Assembly (NCBI GenBank): GCA_963716395.1 | Contig: OY970309.1 | Location: forward strand, 3,360,001 to 3,424,000 | Source of the DNA: an uncultured Fibrobacteria bacterium | GTDB taxonomy: Bacteria; Fibrobacterota; Fibrobacteria; UBA11236 | Direction of reading: 5' to 3' | Length of the DNA: 64,000 nucleotides | Shown here: positions 39,412 through 49,106 of the stretch, in pieces | Numbering within the stretch: position 1 is the first letter of the stretch | How the letters are laid out: each line of letters begins with the position of its first letter | The notes under the pieces: generated by a model | What the model saw: only the letters and a program-made list of their open reading frames with translations | Told to the model about the DNA's origin: nothing | The model's database searches: none | Made by a program: the position numbers and the translations under genes

Positions 39412-39601
39412 GCTGACTCCCTTCGGTTGTGCAGAACCGAAAACATCCACGTAATTGAAGACTGAGGGAATGATCTCCGCGGAAAGCTCTCTTTCCGCCC
39501 TCAGCGCAAATATTAAACTCTTCTACCCAAACTTGCCCCCAAAGCTTGGGAAATTCCGGGGAAAACCCGTTTTCCGCGCTGCGGGATCGATTGCCCGGGG
39601 G

Positions 39602-40564
39602 TCAACGCGCACCGCCCTGGGCCGGCGCATCGGTCCAGGAAAACTCGAGCACTTCGGCGATGTCCGTGGCACCCAAGCCCAGCATCACCAGGCGATCGAA
39701 TCCCAGCGCCGTTCCGGCACAATCGGGCAACCCTCCGGCCAGATCGGAAAAGAATCCGGAATGGATCGGCACCTGCGGCTGGCCGCAGTCAACCCGTTTG
39801 CGATTTTCGGCCTGGAAACGCCCGAGATACTCTCCGGGATCCCGCAGCTCCAGCGAGCCGTTCCCCAACTCCATACCGCCGCCGAACAATTCGAAGCGAT
39901 GCACCACCTCGGGCCGGTCGACTTGGCTCCGCGCCTGCGATGACAAGGCCGCGGGAAAATCATACACCACGGTGAAGGCGCCGGGATCCAAAGCGGGTTC
40001 AACCACCGCGGCCATCAAAAAATCCAACGCCTCGCCGCGCTGCGGAAAGGCCTCGGCCGCCAATCCCGCGGCGGAAAAAGCCGGATGCGCCAGCAGGTCG
40101 GCGAGCGGCGCCCCGAGCGGATCCAATCCGGTGGCGCCGGCAAAGACTTCGGAGTAGGGGCGATAAACCGCCGGCCGTGCGCCGGCCACAACGCGACAAA
40201 GCTCCAGCGCCTCTTCCAGCAGGGGCCGGAACGCGTAACCCAGCCGGTACCATTCGATTAGGGTGAATTCGGGGTTGTGCCGACGCCCCTGTTCGCCGCG
40301 GCGGAAGGCCTTGCAAATTTGAAAGATGTCGGGATAGCCGCGCGCCAGCAGCCGTTTCATCAAGGCTTCGGGCGAGGTCTGCAGAAAACGCGTTGTGCCG
40401 AACGCAGCGAGGGAGAACAAATCGATGTGGCAATCATGCGAAGCGCCATCGTCCAGCAGGGGCGTTTCGACTTCGAGCACGTTCCGCGCGGCGAAAAAGG
40501 CGCGCACGCGAGCCAGGGCTTCGGCCCGGTAGCGGGCGGCGTTCAATTTTGGAGGGGGCGCCAA
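39602..40564 (-). CDS. epmA: EF-P lysine (R)-beta-lysine ligase
   Basis: LEVETP, LQTSPE..MKRLLA, FR.GE.GRRHNPEFT.IEWY, RFELF, ALGFDRL; adjacent to efp. Confidence 0.93.
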   Translation of the reverse strand: MAPPPKLNAARYRAEALARVRAFFAARNVLEVETPLLDDGASHDCHIDLFSLAAFGTTRFLQTSPEALMKRLLARGYPDIFQICKAFRRGEQGRRHNPEFTLIEWYRLGYAFRPLLEEALELCRVVAGARPAVYRPYSEVFAGATGLDPLGAPLADLLAHPAFSAAGLAAEAFPQRGEALDFLMAAVVEPALDPGAFTVVYDFPAALSSQARSQVDRPEVVHRFELFGGGMELGNGSLELRDPGEYLGRFQAENRKRVDCGQPQVPIHSGFFSDLAGGLPDCAGTALGFDRLVMLGLGATDIAEVLEFSWTDAPAQGGAR

Positions 40565-40587
40565 AGCGGGCGGCCTGGGTACGCGTT

Positions 40588-41154
40588 TTATTTGGCGCGT
40601 TCCACGTATTCACCGGTGCGCGTGTCGATGCGCACTTTCATGCCCTCGCCGATGAAAAGCGGAACATTGATTTCGGCGCCGGTTTGCACGGTCGCTTTTT
40701 TGGTGACGTTGTTGGCGGTGTCGCCTTTCACGGCCGGCTCGGTGTAGGTGATGGCGAGATCCATGAAAATGGGCGGCGTCACGGAAATCGGTTTCTCGCC
40801 CCAAAAGGCGATCTCGCATTCGGTGTTTTCCAGCAGCCATTGTTCGGCGCCGTCCATGGCGTCTTTGGGAATTTCCACCTGCTCGTAGGATTTGGTATCC
40901 ATGAAGGTGTAATTCTGCCCGTCGGTGTAGAGGAATTGCATGGTGGTATAGGAGATATCTGCTTCTTCGAAGCTTTCTCCCGACTTGAACGTGCGTTCGA
41001 GCATGCGGCCGGTCAGCAGGTTTTTAAGCTTGACGCGGTTGAAAGCCTGTCCCTTGCCCGGCTTGACGAATTCATTTTCGACGATCATGCATGGTTGCCC
41101 GTCGAGCAGAATGCGCGCGCGTTTTCGAAATTCATTGGTGCTGATCATACCCAT
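40588..41154 (-). CDS. efp: Elongation factor P
   Basis: VKPGKGQAF, KGDTA, VPLFI.EG, DTRTGEYVER. Confidence 0.97.
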   Translation of the reverse strand: MGMISTNEFRKRARILLDGQPCMIVENEFVKPGKGQAFNRVKLKNLLTGRMLERTFKSGESFEEADISYTTMQFLYTDGQNYTFMDTKSYEQVEIPKDAMDGAEQWLLENTECEIAFWGEKPISVTPPIFMDLAITYTEPAVKGDTANNVTKKATVQTGAEINVPLFIGEGMKVRIDTRTGEYVERAK

Positions 41155-41239
41155 GTCAAAGCCTCGCCGGACCTCATTAGTTATTTTCCCGGGTTTGGAA
41201 GGTAGCGCCCTGGAATAAAGCGGGCTGAATCTAACAAAC

Positions 41240-42322
41240 ATGTCCGTTTCTCCAAACCCGCCCGCATGGCAGCGCCAGTGGCAAGACGCGTTTCGCGATC
41301 CGGCGGCGCTGCTGGAATTTTTGCAGTTGGACGCGCACCGGGCTCCCGTGGTTTTGGCGCGGAAACAAGACTTTGCGCTGCGCGTACCGCGCAGTTATGC
41401 CGCGCGCATGCGGCGCGGCGACTGGAACGATCCGTTGCTCCGCCAGGTTTTGCCGCTGCATGCCGAAGGCGAACGCCGGGAAGGCTTCGCGGCCGACGCC
41501 GTCGGGGATGGCCCGGCGCAGAACACGCCCGGCCTCTTGCGTAAATATCACGGCCGGGCCCTGTTGCTGCTGAGCGGCGAATGCGCCGTGCATTGCCGCT
41601 ACTGCTTCCGCCGGGAATTTCCCTATGCCGACCTTCCGGCGGCGCAGGCGGAATGGGAAAAAATTTACGCCCGCTTGGCGGCCGACCCGGACCTCGAGGA
41701 AATTCTTTTTTCCGGCGGCGATCCGCTGGCGCTTTCCGACGCCCGGTTGCGCTGGCATTGGGAGCGGGCCGCCGCCTTGCCGCAGGTGCGGCGCATCCGC
41801 ATCCACACGCGGGTGCCCGTCGTGCTGCCGGCGCGCCTCGACGCCGGCTTTCTCGCCCTGGCCTCCGACCTGGCCGCACGGCGTGCGTTGTTCTTCGTGG
41901 TGCACGTCAACCACGCCCGGGAGATCGATGCCGAATTGGAAGGGCGGTTGCGCGCGTTGCGCGCCGTCGGCGCTGTGCTGCTCAACCAAGCCGTGCTGCT
42001 GCGCGGGGTCAACGATACCATCGATGCGCAAGCCGATTTGGCCCAACGCCTGCTCGACGCCGGCGTGCTCCCCTATTACCTGCATCAATTGGATCGGGTG
42101 TGGGGCGCACACCATTTCGAAGTGCCCGAGACCGAAGGGTTGCGCATTCTCGCAGCGCTGCGGGAGCGCCTGCCGGGGTATGCCGTGCCGCGTTATGTGC
42201 GCGAGGTGGCGGGAGAAGCCTCCAAGGTGCCGATTACGGCCGGCGCGGATCGCCCGTACCTTCCGGCTCCGGAGCTTCAGGCGTCGACACGGCGCACGCC
42301 CACTCTGCTTAACTTATCGTGA
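41240..42322 (+). CDS. epmB: EF-P beta-lysylation lysine 2,3-aminomutase (KamA family radical SAM)
   Basis: DPLLRQVLP, CAVHCRYCFRR, SGGDPL, RIHTR, NQAVLLRGVND, PYYLHQLD; divergent from efp. Confidence 0.93.
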   Translation: MSVSPNPPAWQRQWQDAFRDPAALLEFLQLDAHRAPVVLARKQDFALRVPRSYAARMRRGDWNDPLLRQVLPLHAEGERREGFAADAVGDGPAQNTPGLLRKYHGRALLLLSGECAVHCRYCFRREFPYADLPAAQAEWEKIYARLAADPDLEEILFSGGDPLALSDARLRWHWERAAALPQVRRIRIHTRVPVVLPARLDAGFLALASDLAARRALFFVVHVNHAREIDAELEGRLRALRAVGAVLLNQAVLLRGVNDTIDAQADLAQRLLDAGVLPYYLHQLDRVWGAHHFEVPETEGLRILAALRERLPGYAVPRYVREVAGEASKVPITAGADRPYLPAPELQASTRRTPTLLNLS

Positions 42323-44058
42323 TAGCGCCGCCTTAACCAGCGGTTGATTTCATCGGCGGTGGTGAGGCGCATGACCTCCTGCGAGCATTCGCGCGCCTCC
42401 TCGAAACTTAGGTTGCGAATCAAACGTTTGATTTCGAGCAAGGCGCCCGGGTTCATGGAAAGTTCGTCGATGCCCATGCCGATGAACACGATGGCCGAAT
42501 AGGGATTGGACGCCATCTCGCCACAAATGCCGACCGGAATGCCATGCGCGCGGCCGATATTCACCACGCTCTGAATCTGCCGGAACACGGCCGGGCTTTG
42601 GGGTTCAAACAGATCGGCGACGCGTTCGTTGGCGCGGTCCACCGCCAGGGTGAACTGCACCAGGTCATTGGTGCCGATGCTGAAGAAATCGACCTCGCGG
42701 GCCAGATCGCCGGCAATGAGCACGGCCGAGGGCACTTCGATCATGCACCCGATGGGCATGGCGGGATCGAAGCCGACGCCTTGGGCGCGCAATTCGGATC
42801 GCACCAACTCGACCAAGGCGCTGGCTTCGCGCAATTCCCGCAGATTGCTGATCATGGGAAACATCAGGCGTACATTGCCTAAAATGCTGGCCCGCAGCAC
42901 GGCCCGCAACTGCGTCTTGAAAATGTCGGGATTGCGCAGGCACATTCGGATCGAGCGCCAGCCCATGTAGGGATTGCGTTCGCCGCTGACGCGCAGCGCC
43001 GGCACCAGCTTGTCGCCGCCCGCGTCCAGGGTGCGGATGGTCACCGGGCGCGGGGCCATGCGCTCGGCCAGATACCGGTAGGCGGTGAATTGTTCCTCTT
43101 CGCTGGGAATGTCCTCGCGCGTCAGGAACAGGAATTCGGAGCGGTACAACCCCACCCCGTCGGCGCCGTATTCCAGCACGTTTTCGATCTCCACCGGCAA
43201 CTCGATATTGGCCGCCAGTTCGATATACTTCCCGTCCTGCGTCACCGGGTCGAGATCGCGCAGGCTGGAGAGTTCCTGCTCCTCGGCCAAATCGGCGGTG
43301 TGCTTGAGTTCGTATTCCTTGATGTCGCGCAACGAAGGGTTCAGGATGACGGTTCCGGCATTGCCGTCGACGATCACGTTTTGGCCGGACTCGATGCGGA
43401 GTTCATTCCAGTGGATTCCGGATACCGCCGGGATTTCCAGGGAGCGCGCCAAAATGGCCACATGCGACGTATGTCCCCCGACTTCGATGATGAGGCCCAA
43501 GGTGTTGCGGCGTTTGAACTGGGAGAGTTCCGACGGCATGAGATTGCGCGACAACACGATGACCGGCGTTTCCAGATCGGGGGTGGTATGCACGTTTTCG
43601 GCCAGCATCAGCACGTCGACCACGCGCGTGGCCACGTCGCGCAAATCGTTGCGGTGCTCTTTGAGAAAGCCCCCGGCGGCGACGCCGAAGCGATCGGTCA
43701 GCAATTCCATCTGGCGGTGGTAGGCATATTCGGCGTTGTACAGGTTTTCGCGGATATCGCGCAGAACCCCGGCCAGAATTTCTTCGTCGCGCAGCAGCAA
43801 AATATGGCTTTCGAAAATACGCGCTTCGTAATCCCCCACCTCTTCGCGGATGCGGATTTGCAAAGCCTGGATTTCCTTTTGGGCGCGATCCAGGGCCCGG
43901 CGCAGTCGCGCGATCTCGGCTTCAACCTTTTCGGGTGGGATGAGCCGCTTGACCACTTCACGCTGTTCGGGGTGAAACAAATACGCCGGCCCCATGGCGA
44001 TGCCCGGAGATACCGCCGCACCCCGCAGCAAGGTGCGCGGATGCGTGGATCCGTTCAC
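42277..44058 (-). CDS. ptsI: PTS enzyme I (phosphoenolpyruvate-protein phosphotransferase)
   Basis: SPGIA.G, GG.TSH, GVGLYRSEFLF, NPYMGWR, MIEVPSA, SIGTNDL, ICGEMA; no GAF domain. Confidence 0.95.
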   Translation of the reverse strand: MNGSTHPRTLLRGAAVSPGIAMGPAYLFHPEQREVVKRLIPPEKVEAEIARLRRALDRAQKEIQALQIRIREEVGDYEARIFESHILLLRDEEILAGVLRDIRENLYNAEYAYHRQMELLTDRFGVAAGGFLKEHRNDLRDVATRVVDVLMLAENVHTTPDLETPVIVLSRNLMPSELSQFKRRNTLGLIIEVGGHTSHVAILARSLEIPAVSGIHWNELRIESGQNVIVDGNAGTVILNPSLRDIKEYELKHTADLAEEQELSSLRDLDPVTQDGKYIELAANIELPVEIENVLEYGADGVGLYRSEFLFLTREDIPSEEEQFTAYRYLAERMAPRPVTIRTLDAGGDKLVPALRVSGERNPYMGWRSIRMCLRNPDIFKTQLRAVLRASILGNVRLMFPMISNLRELREASALVELVRSELRAQGVGFDPAMPIGCMIEVPSAVLIAGDLAREVDFFSIGTNDLVQFTLAVDRANERVADLFEPQSPAVFRQIQSVVNIGRAHGIPVGICGEMASNPYSAIVFIGMGIDELSMNPGALLEIKRLIRNLSFEEARECSQEVMRLTTADEINRWLRRRYHDKLSRVGVRRVDA

Positions 44059-44097
44059 CGCCCCTCCGACGCGCCGTCGCGGCAGGGGACGGCCGCC

Positions 44098-44364
44098 TCA
44101 TTCATGGCGAAAGCGTCCGGCGAAAAGTTGATCCAGGGCATCGAGCGCTTCGACTTCGTCTTCGCCTTCGGCTTCGACCCGCACCGTGGCTCCGCACTCG
44201 GCGGCCAGGAGCATGATGTTCATGATGCTTTTGGCGTTGGCGCGCATGCCGTCTTTGAGAAAGCTGATATCGCTGCGAAAGCGGCAGCAGGTTTCCACGA
44301 TCAGCGCCGCGGGACGGGCGTGGATGCCCGATTCGTTCAGGACTTTAAGCTCCTTGCTGACCAT
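44098..44364 (-). CDS. ptsH: HPr phosphocarrier protein
   Basis: GIHARPAA (His15), NAKSIM (Ser46), AEGEDE. Confidence 0.95.
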   Translation of the reverse strand: MVSKELKVLNESGIHARPAALIVETCCRFRSDISFLKDGMRANAKSIMNIMLLAAECGATVRVEAEGEDEVEALDALDQLFAGRFRHE

Positions 44365-46477
44365 CTCCCATCTCCTCCCGCAACGCCACCCGCAGACGGG
44401 CTTCGACTTCGGCACCTTCGGACAAGACCATCTCCCACACCGGGGCCACCACCGTGCCCTGGTAGACGCGCTCGTACCCGCCCTCGCTCTGGCTGACGGT
44501 TTCGATGGCGTCGCGCCAAAAAGCCGCGGCCTCGGGCGCTTCGACGCTGCAGCACAATCGCAGCCACTCGTCGGTCAATTCCACCTTCGTCACGCCCGGC
44601 ATTTCGGCCCGGCTCGCAAGGATGTCGCGCTGCTCCGACCCGGCGGACCGCCAAGATACATACCGATCCGGAGCGTTTCCGGCCAGCAGGCAGAACAGGG
44701 TTTCGGCCACGAAGCGAAAGCGCACGTCGCCGCCGCGGCAACGGATATTCCAGGTCACGCTCAGCGAACCGCCGTCCCGGGCCAACGCATAGGTTTTACG
44801 GAGGAGAAGCGCGCCGCCTGGGGAAAAATCCGCCTGCCCCTCGAAGCGCACGGTGAACGCCGCGGCTTCAGGCAGCAGCACCGCGGGGCCGAAAACGCAT
44901 TCGGCCAAGGGGGCGAAATCCTGGCGGCGATAGGCTTCGAAATCCACCGTCGACGGCAGTATCCATTCCGAAAACGCCGTGCGCAGGCGCCGGTCGTAAA
45001 TCAAATAGCCGGCCAGTCCCGCTTCTTTGGAACCGATCTGATTTTCGAGTTTAGTTCCGCCTTCGGGTCCCGAGGCGACGAAGGCGTGGTAGGCCTCGCG
45101 TCGGCGCGTCAGGGTATCGCACAGGTTGATGCCGGTCCGCTTCAGCCACCATTGATCCACGCCGCCGTCGGCGGTGAAGGCCAACAGATGCCCGCCGGTG
45201 TGCAAAAGGAATTCCTTCCGGCCGTCGAAGTTCCAGTCGCTTTCTTCCCAGGCATGGGGCGCGCCGCCCAATTGCAGGGGATCGATGAGTTTTTGCGCGG
45301 CGATCAGATGCCGGTACACGGCAAAGCGCAGATGCGGCAAATACAGGCCGCCGAACACACCATGCCAATAGGCGCAATTGCATTGGGCTTGCCAGAGGTG
45401 ATCGCGCGTAGCGCTTTGTAGGTCGCGGGCTGCGGAGGCCCCGGTCGGCTCCGCAAGGGCGGTCTGGTCGAGGAATCGGGTCAGGCGCAGACCCTGCTTG
45501 TGCATGCGGTTGCTTTCGGGGTATTTCGCCAAAAAGTTGCGCCAGAAAGGTGCCGCGCAGAAAACGCTCGGCATCTTCGCGCCGGCCAGACTCTTCCAGC
45601 CAATGCCGCAGGGCGCGGAAACGCGGAATGTCACCGGGTCCTGCGCCCAGACCATCATCTCTTGGTACGAGGCGGGCGGCAGGTAGACGAGTCCCAAAGA
45701 GCGCGCCGATTCCAGCCCGCTGCGCAGAGGTAGCAGGGCGAAGGTTTCGGGTTCGGCTTCGATGGCGGAGAAAAAGCGATCAAGCCAGCCATGGGTGTAC
45801 ACGGTCGCGAAAGTCTGCGGCCAGTCGCCGAATTTTTCGCCATCGTCGCCGAATACGATTTGCACGCGGGGCTCCGTGTTGCGGGCCCGCAACGAGGCGA
45901 TCACCTCTTCCACACTGTGGAAGGGAATCGTATCGCGAATCACATCGTGTATGGGAAATAATTTCAGCGCATGTCCCTGGTCTTCGGTTTCGAAATAGCC
46001 GTCGAGATCGGCGTCGGTTTTGCCCACCATTTTGAAATGGCTGCCGTCGAGCACCACGTACTCGATGCCGCAGCGGGCGATGGGCGCGGCCAGCGACGGC
46101 TCCCACACGCGTTCGGCCAGCCACATGCCGCGCGGGGCGGAGCCGAAGAGCTGCTCCACGCGCGCGCTCAGCTTGGCGATTTGGCCCTCTTTGTCGCCGT
46201 CGGTCAGCATGGGCAGAATGGGCTCATAGTAGCCGCCGCCGAGAATCTCGACCTGGCCGGCCGCGCACAGTTCCCGCACGGCCCGCAGGTATTCCGGGTG
46301 GTTTTGCTCCAGCCAGTCGAGCAGAATCCCGGAGTAATGCAGACTCAGGCGGATGCCGGGGTGCACGCGCAGCACGTCGAGAAAGGGGCGGTAGGCCTGG
46401 TCATAGGCGCGCGCAAAAATGAAATCGAAATTGCCGACGGGCTGGTGGTTGTGGACGGCCCAGAGGAGGTGGATCAT
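44345..46477 (-). CDS. GH57 alpha-amylase / 4-alpha-glucanotransferase
   Basis: HNHQPVGN, GGYYEPIL, WLAERVWEP, GDDGEKFG, QCNCAYWHGVFGGLYLPHLR, TVSQSEGGYE..YQG. Confidence 0.92.
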   Translation of the reverse strand: MIHLLWAVHNHQPVGNFDFIFARAYDQAYRPFLDVLRVHPGIRLSLHYSGILLDWLEQNHPEYLRAVRELCAAGQVEILGGGYYEPILPMLTDGDKEGQIAKLSARVEQLFGSAPRGMWLAERVWEPSLAAPIARCGIEYVVLDGSHFKMVGKTDADLDGYFETEDQGHALKLFPIHDVIRDTIPFHSVEEVIASLRARNTEPRVQIVFGDDGEKFGDWPQTFATVYTHGWLDRFFSAIEAEPETFALLPLRSGLESARSLGLVYLPPASYQEMMVWAQDPVTFRVSAPCGIGWKSLAGAKMPSVFCAAPFWRNFLAKYPESNRMHKQGLRLTRFLDQTALAEPTGASAARDLQSATRDHLWQAQCNCAYWHGVFGGLYLPHLRFAVYRHLIAAQKLIDPLQLGGAPHAWEESDWNFDGRKEFLLHTGGHLLAFTADGGVDQWWLKRTGINLCDTLTRRREAYHAFVASGPEGGTKLENQIGSKEAGLAGYLIYDRRLRTAFSEWILPSTVDFEAYRRQDFAPLAECVFGPAVLLPEAAAFTVRFEGQADFSPGGALLLRKTYALARDGGSLSVTWNIRCRGGDVRFRFVAETLFCLLAGNAPDRYVSWRSAGSEQRDILASRAEMPGVTKVELTDEWLRLCCSVEAPEAAAFWRDAIETVSQSEGGYERVYQGTVVAPVWEMVLSEGAEVEARLRVALREEMGDGQQGA

Positions 46478-46495
46478 GACGATGGGGTTCCGGGA

Positions 46496-46537
46496 AATTT
46501 CAAATTGCGGATATCAAATTGCAAAATTCAAAATGAA
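46496..46537. repeat. Six degenerate tandem heptamers (AATTTCA-like)
   Basis: aatttca aattgcg gatatca aattgca aaattca aaatgaa; AT-rich island between mlaD and GH57. Confidence 0.6.
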
Positions 46538-46616
46538 ATATTCGGGTGGCCGGGTTCGGCGCCGTCGGCGGAGCAGATGGCGCGCGTTGGACTGTGAAAA
46601 TCGTAGCCGGGCGTGC

Positions 46617-47522
46617 TCAAAACAAATCCAGGTTCACGTTCAGACCTTTTTTGTTCACCGAGCGGAAGAGCGAGTCGGCGCTGCGCAGCGTCGTATGCAA
46701 ATCGTGCTGCAAGGTGGAATCATGCAGCAACGCCCCCAGGGTGCTGTTCTGGGAATTGGCCTGGTTTACGATGGCTTCCAGGCCGGCGGCAACGCGTTCG
46801 CCGCGCACGGCCAGCGATTCGGCGCGCGCGGAAGCCGCCTGGCCATGGTTCAAAATGCTGTCGACCTTCGGCTCCTGGGTGCGCACGAAACCGTCCATTT
46901 CGCGGCTCAGGCTTTGGAAGGTCTGCGCGCCGGCGCGGATTTTCGGATCGACGTTTTTTTCCAGGGCGGACAGTCGACGGCTCAGATCTTCGGTGTTGGT
47001 CAGCAACGAGTTCACTTGTTGGGCGAACTCGGGCCGCCCCACGGTGCTGTCGAGCACCGCGCGCAACTCGCGGACCAGGGTCTCGGCCTCGACGAATACC
47101 TCACCCGCCGCGCCCATGGCTTCGGCGATACCGGCGTCGAGACGCCCGTTCAAAGTTCCGCCCGGCGGCACGACCGCGCCCGAGTCGCCCAGACGGATGC
47201 CGATTTGCCGTTCGCCCATGAGGCCGATGTTCTGAATGCGCACTTCCGAATTCTGCGTGAGGCGGATGCCGCGACGCAACTCGAAGGCAACCTTGACACC
47301 GCGGCCTTGCAACGCAATGGATTTGACCCGGCCCATCTTGACGCCGTTCACTTTGACGGGATCGCCTTCCTGCAGCGTCGACACCTGATCGAATTGGGCA
47401 TAGTAGATGTCGGTTTTGCGGCCGGGCGCGGTCTCTTTCAGATAATAAACCCCGAACAGGAGAATAAAGATCGAAGCCAGGACAAAGGCGCCGACAATGA
47501 TGTTCTGTACGCGGGAACTCAT
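46617..47522 (-). CDS. MlaD/MCE family protein
   Basis: N-terminal TM, L..GDPVKVNGVKMGRV, GLMGER, helical C-terminus. Confidence 0.9.
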   Translation of the reverse strand: MSSRVQNIIVGAFVLASIFILLFGVYYLKETAPGRKTDIYYAQFDQVSTLQEGDPVKVNGVKMGRVKSIALQGRGVKVAFELRRGIRLTQNSEVRIQNIGLMGERQIGIRLGDSGAVVPPGGTLNGRLDAGIAEAMGAAGEVFVEAETLVRELRAVLDSTVGRPEFAQQVNSLLTNTEDLSRRLSALEKNVDPKIRAGAQTFQSLSREMDGFVRTQEPKVDSILNHGQAASARAESLAVRGERVAAGLEAIVNQANSQNSTLGALLHDSTLQHDLHTTLRSADSLFRSVNKKGLNVNLDLF

Positions 47523-47613
47523 CGACGATGAACCATCTTCGTGGGAATTATCGCAAATATAACCATCGCTCGGCAGCGGTTTCGCGAAAGAAGCGCGCCG
47601 GGACCCGCGGGAT

Positions 47614-48630
47614 CTATTCGTGTACTTCGGTGGAGAGCCGGGTCAGGTTCTGCTGCCGGCTTTTGTTCTTCATGGTTTCGATGAGCTTTTCGTTGAAGAG
47701 TTTGGCGGCGTCGACCCCGTTCATCTTCAGCAGCATGTTCATGGCGATGACTTCGGAGATCACCGTGATGTTTTTGCCTGGAGAGATGGGAATGACGACC
47801 TTGGACACCGGCATGCCGATGATTTCCGTGGCCAGGGGATCGAGGCCGGTGCGCTCGTAATTCTCGCCTTCGCGCCAGCGCTGCAATTCGACCACCACTT
47901 CGACCTTCTTGGTGTTGCGGATGGCGCGAATGCCGAACAGCTTGCCCACATCGACCACTCCGATGCCGCGGATCTCCATGTGGTGGCCGAGGATCTTGTT
48001 GCCTTTGCCGATGATGGATCGGCCCTTGCGGATGAGATGGACGACGTCGTCGGCCACTAGGCGATGGCCCCGCTCCACCAGGTCGAGCACGCACTCGCTT
48101 TTGCCCACGCCGCTTTCGCCGATGTACAGCATGCCCACGCCGTAGACGTCGACCAAAGAGGCGTGCACGGAACAATACGGGGCGAACCAGTCTTCGAGGA
48201 TATCCTGCACCTCGGTGCAGAAGTCGAGCGTTTCGCGCGCCGTGGAGAGAACGGGCACGTTCTGTTCCAGGCACATCTGCAGCAGTTCGTCATGTGGTCC
48301 GGCGTTGTGGGTGAGCACCCACAGGGGCGAACGAAACACTTTGAGGCGCTGGAAAATCTCGTGGCGTTTTTCGGCTCCCACCGATTCGAGATAGAACCAC
48401 TCGGTGGTGCCGAGTATCTGCACGCGTTGGTAGCTGTAGACTTCGGTAAAGCCGGCCAGCGCCAACCCCGGCCGATGCAGGTTCGATTCGATGATCTCGG
48501 TGGCCAGGGAAGATTCGGGAGTCTTCAGGGTCAGGGACAGGTCTTCCTTGAATTGAAAGAAAAAGTCCCTCACCGGGAGGGACCTTTTGCGGTTGATTTC
48601 CAACCGGCTGAAATCGATGTGATCCGCCAC
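47614..48630 (-). CDS. hprK: HPr(Ser) kinase/phosphorylase
   Basis: RPGLALAGF, GESGVGKSE, GHRLVADD, HMEIRGIG. Confidence 0.96.
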   Translation of the reverse strand: MADHIDFSRLEINRKRSLPVRDFFFQFKEDLSLTLKTPESSLATEIIESNLHRPGLALAGFTEVYSYQRVQILGTTEWFYLESVGAEKRHEIFQRLKVFRSPLWVLTHNAGPHDELLQMCLEQNVPVLSTARETLDFCTEVQDILEDWFAPYCSVHASLVDVYGVGMLYIGESGVGKSECVLDLVERGHRLVADDVVHLIRKGRSIIGKGNKILGHHMEIRGIGVVDVGKLFGIRAIRNTKKVEVVVELQRWREGENYERTGLDPLATEIIGMPVSKVVIPISPGKNITVISEVIAMNMLLKMNGVDAAKLFNEKLIETMKNKSRQQNLTRLSTEVHE

Positions 48631-48645
48631 GCGGGGTCTCCGCCC

Positions 48646-48969
48646 TTAAGGCGTCATGGCTTCCGAAATCGGCACGGCCTTGTGGATTTTCAGCTTCTCG
48701 TTTTCCTTTTTGAGCTGGCGTTCGATGCGTTCGAGCATGGTTTCCATGGCCTTGCCCATGTTGTCTTCCTCGGCTTGTGCGCACACCGACTTGTCCAGAA
48801 TCTTCACAATCACTTCGGCCCGCCGGGCGCCGCTCTTTTCATTCGACAGGATCACATGGGCCCCGGTGATGGAATCGTTGAAGCGTTCCAACCGCTCCAA
48901 GCTCTCCTTGAGGCTCGCATGCAATTGCGGTGAGGCGTGAAAGTTACGGGCGGTGATTTGAATCTTCAT
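48646..48969 (-). CDS. hpf: Ribosome hibernation promoting factor (short HPF/RaiA)
   Basis: MKIQITARN, IERQLKK; canonical position after rpoN; GGAG RBS. Confidence 0.9.
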   Translation of the reverse strand: MKIQITARNFHASPQLHASLKESLERLERFNDSITGAHVILSNEKSGARRAEVIVKILDKSVCAQAEEDNMGKAMETMLERIERQLKKENEKLKIHKAVPISEAMTP

Positions 48970-49106
48970 GGGCGTCTCCTTTCCAATCGCGGGCCGCCTT
49001 GACGAACCGGCCGCAGCCGTTGGGATTAATGTATAAAGCGCATCTCAAGAAGTGGGTAGGTGCCGGCTCCGGAATGCGCCACCCGCGCACCCGAATCAGC
49101 GTTTCC

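Noticed and set aside
39602-42322. epmA-efp-epmB without epmC as a novel system
   Set aside because: Well-known EF-P beta-lysylation pathway; epmC is often absent
42277-42322. Convergent overlap of epmB and ptsI (also 57214-57222)
   Set aside because: Short 3' overlaps of convergent genes are common and involve only non-conserved tails
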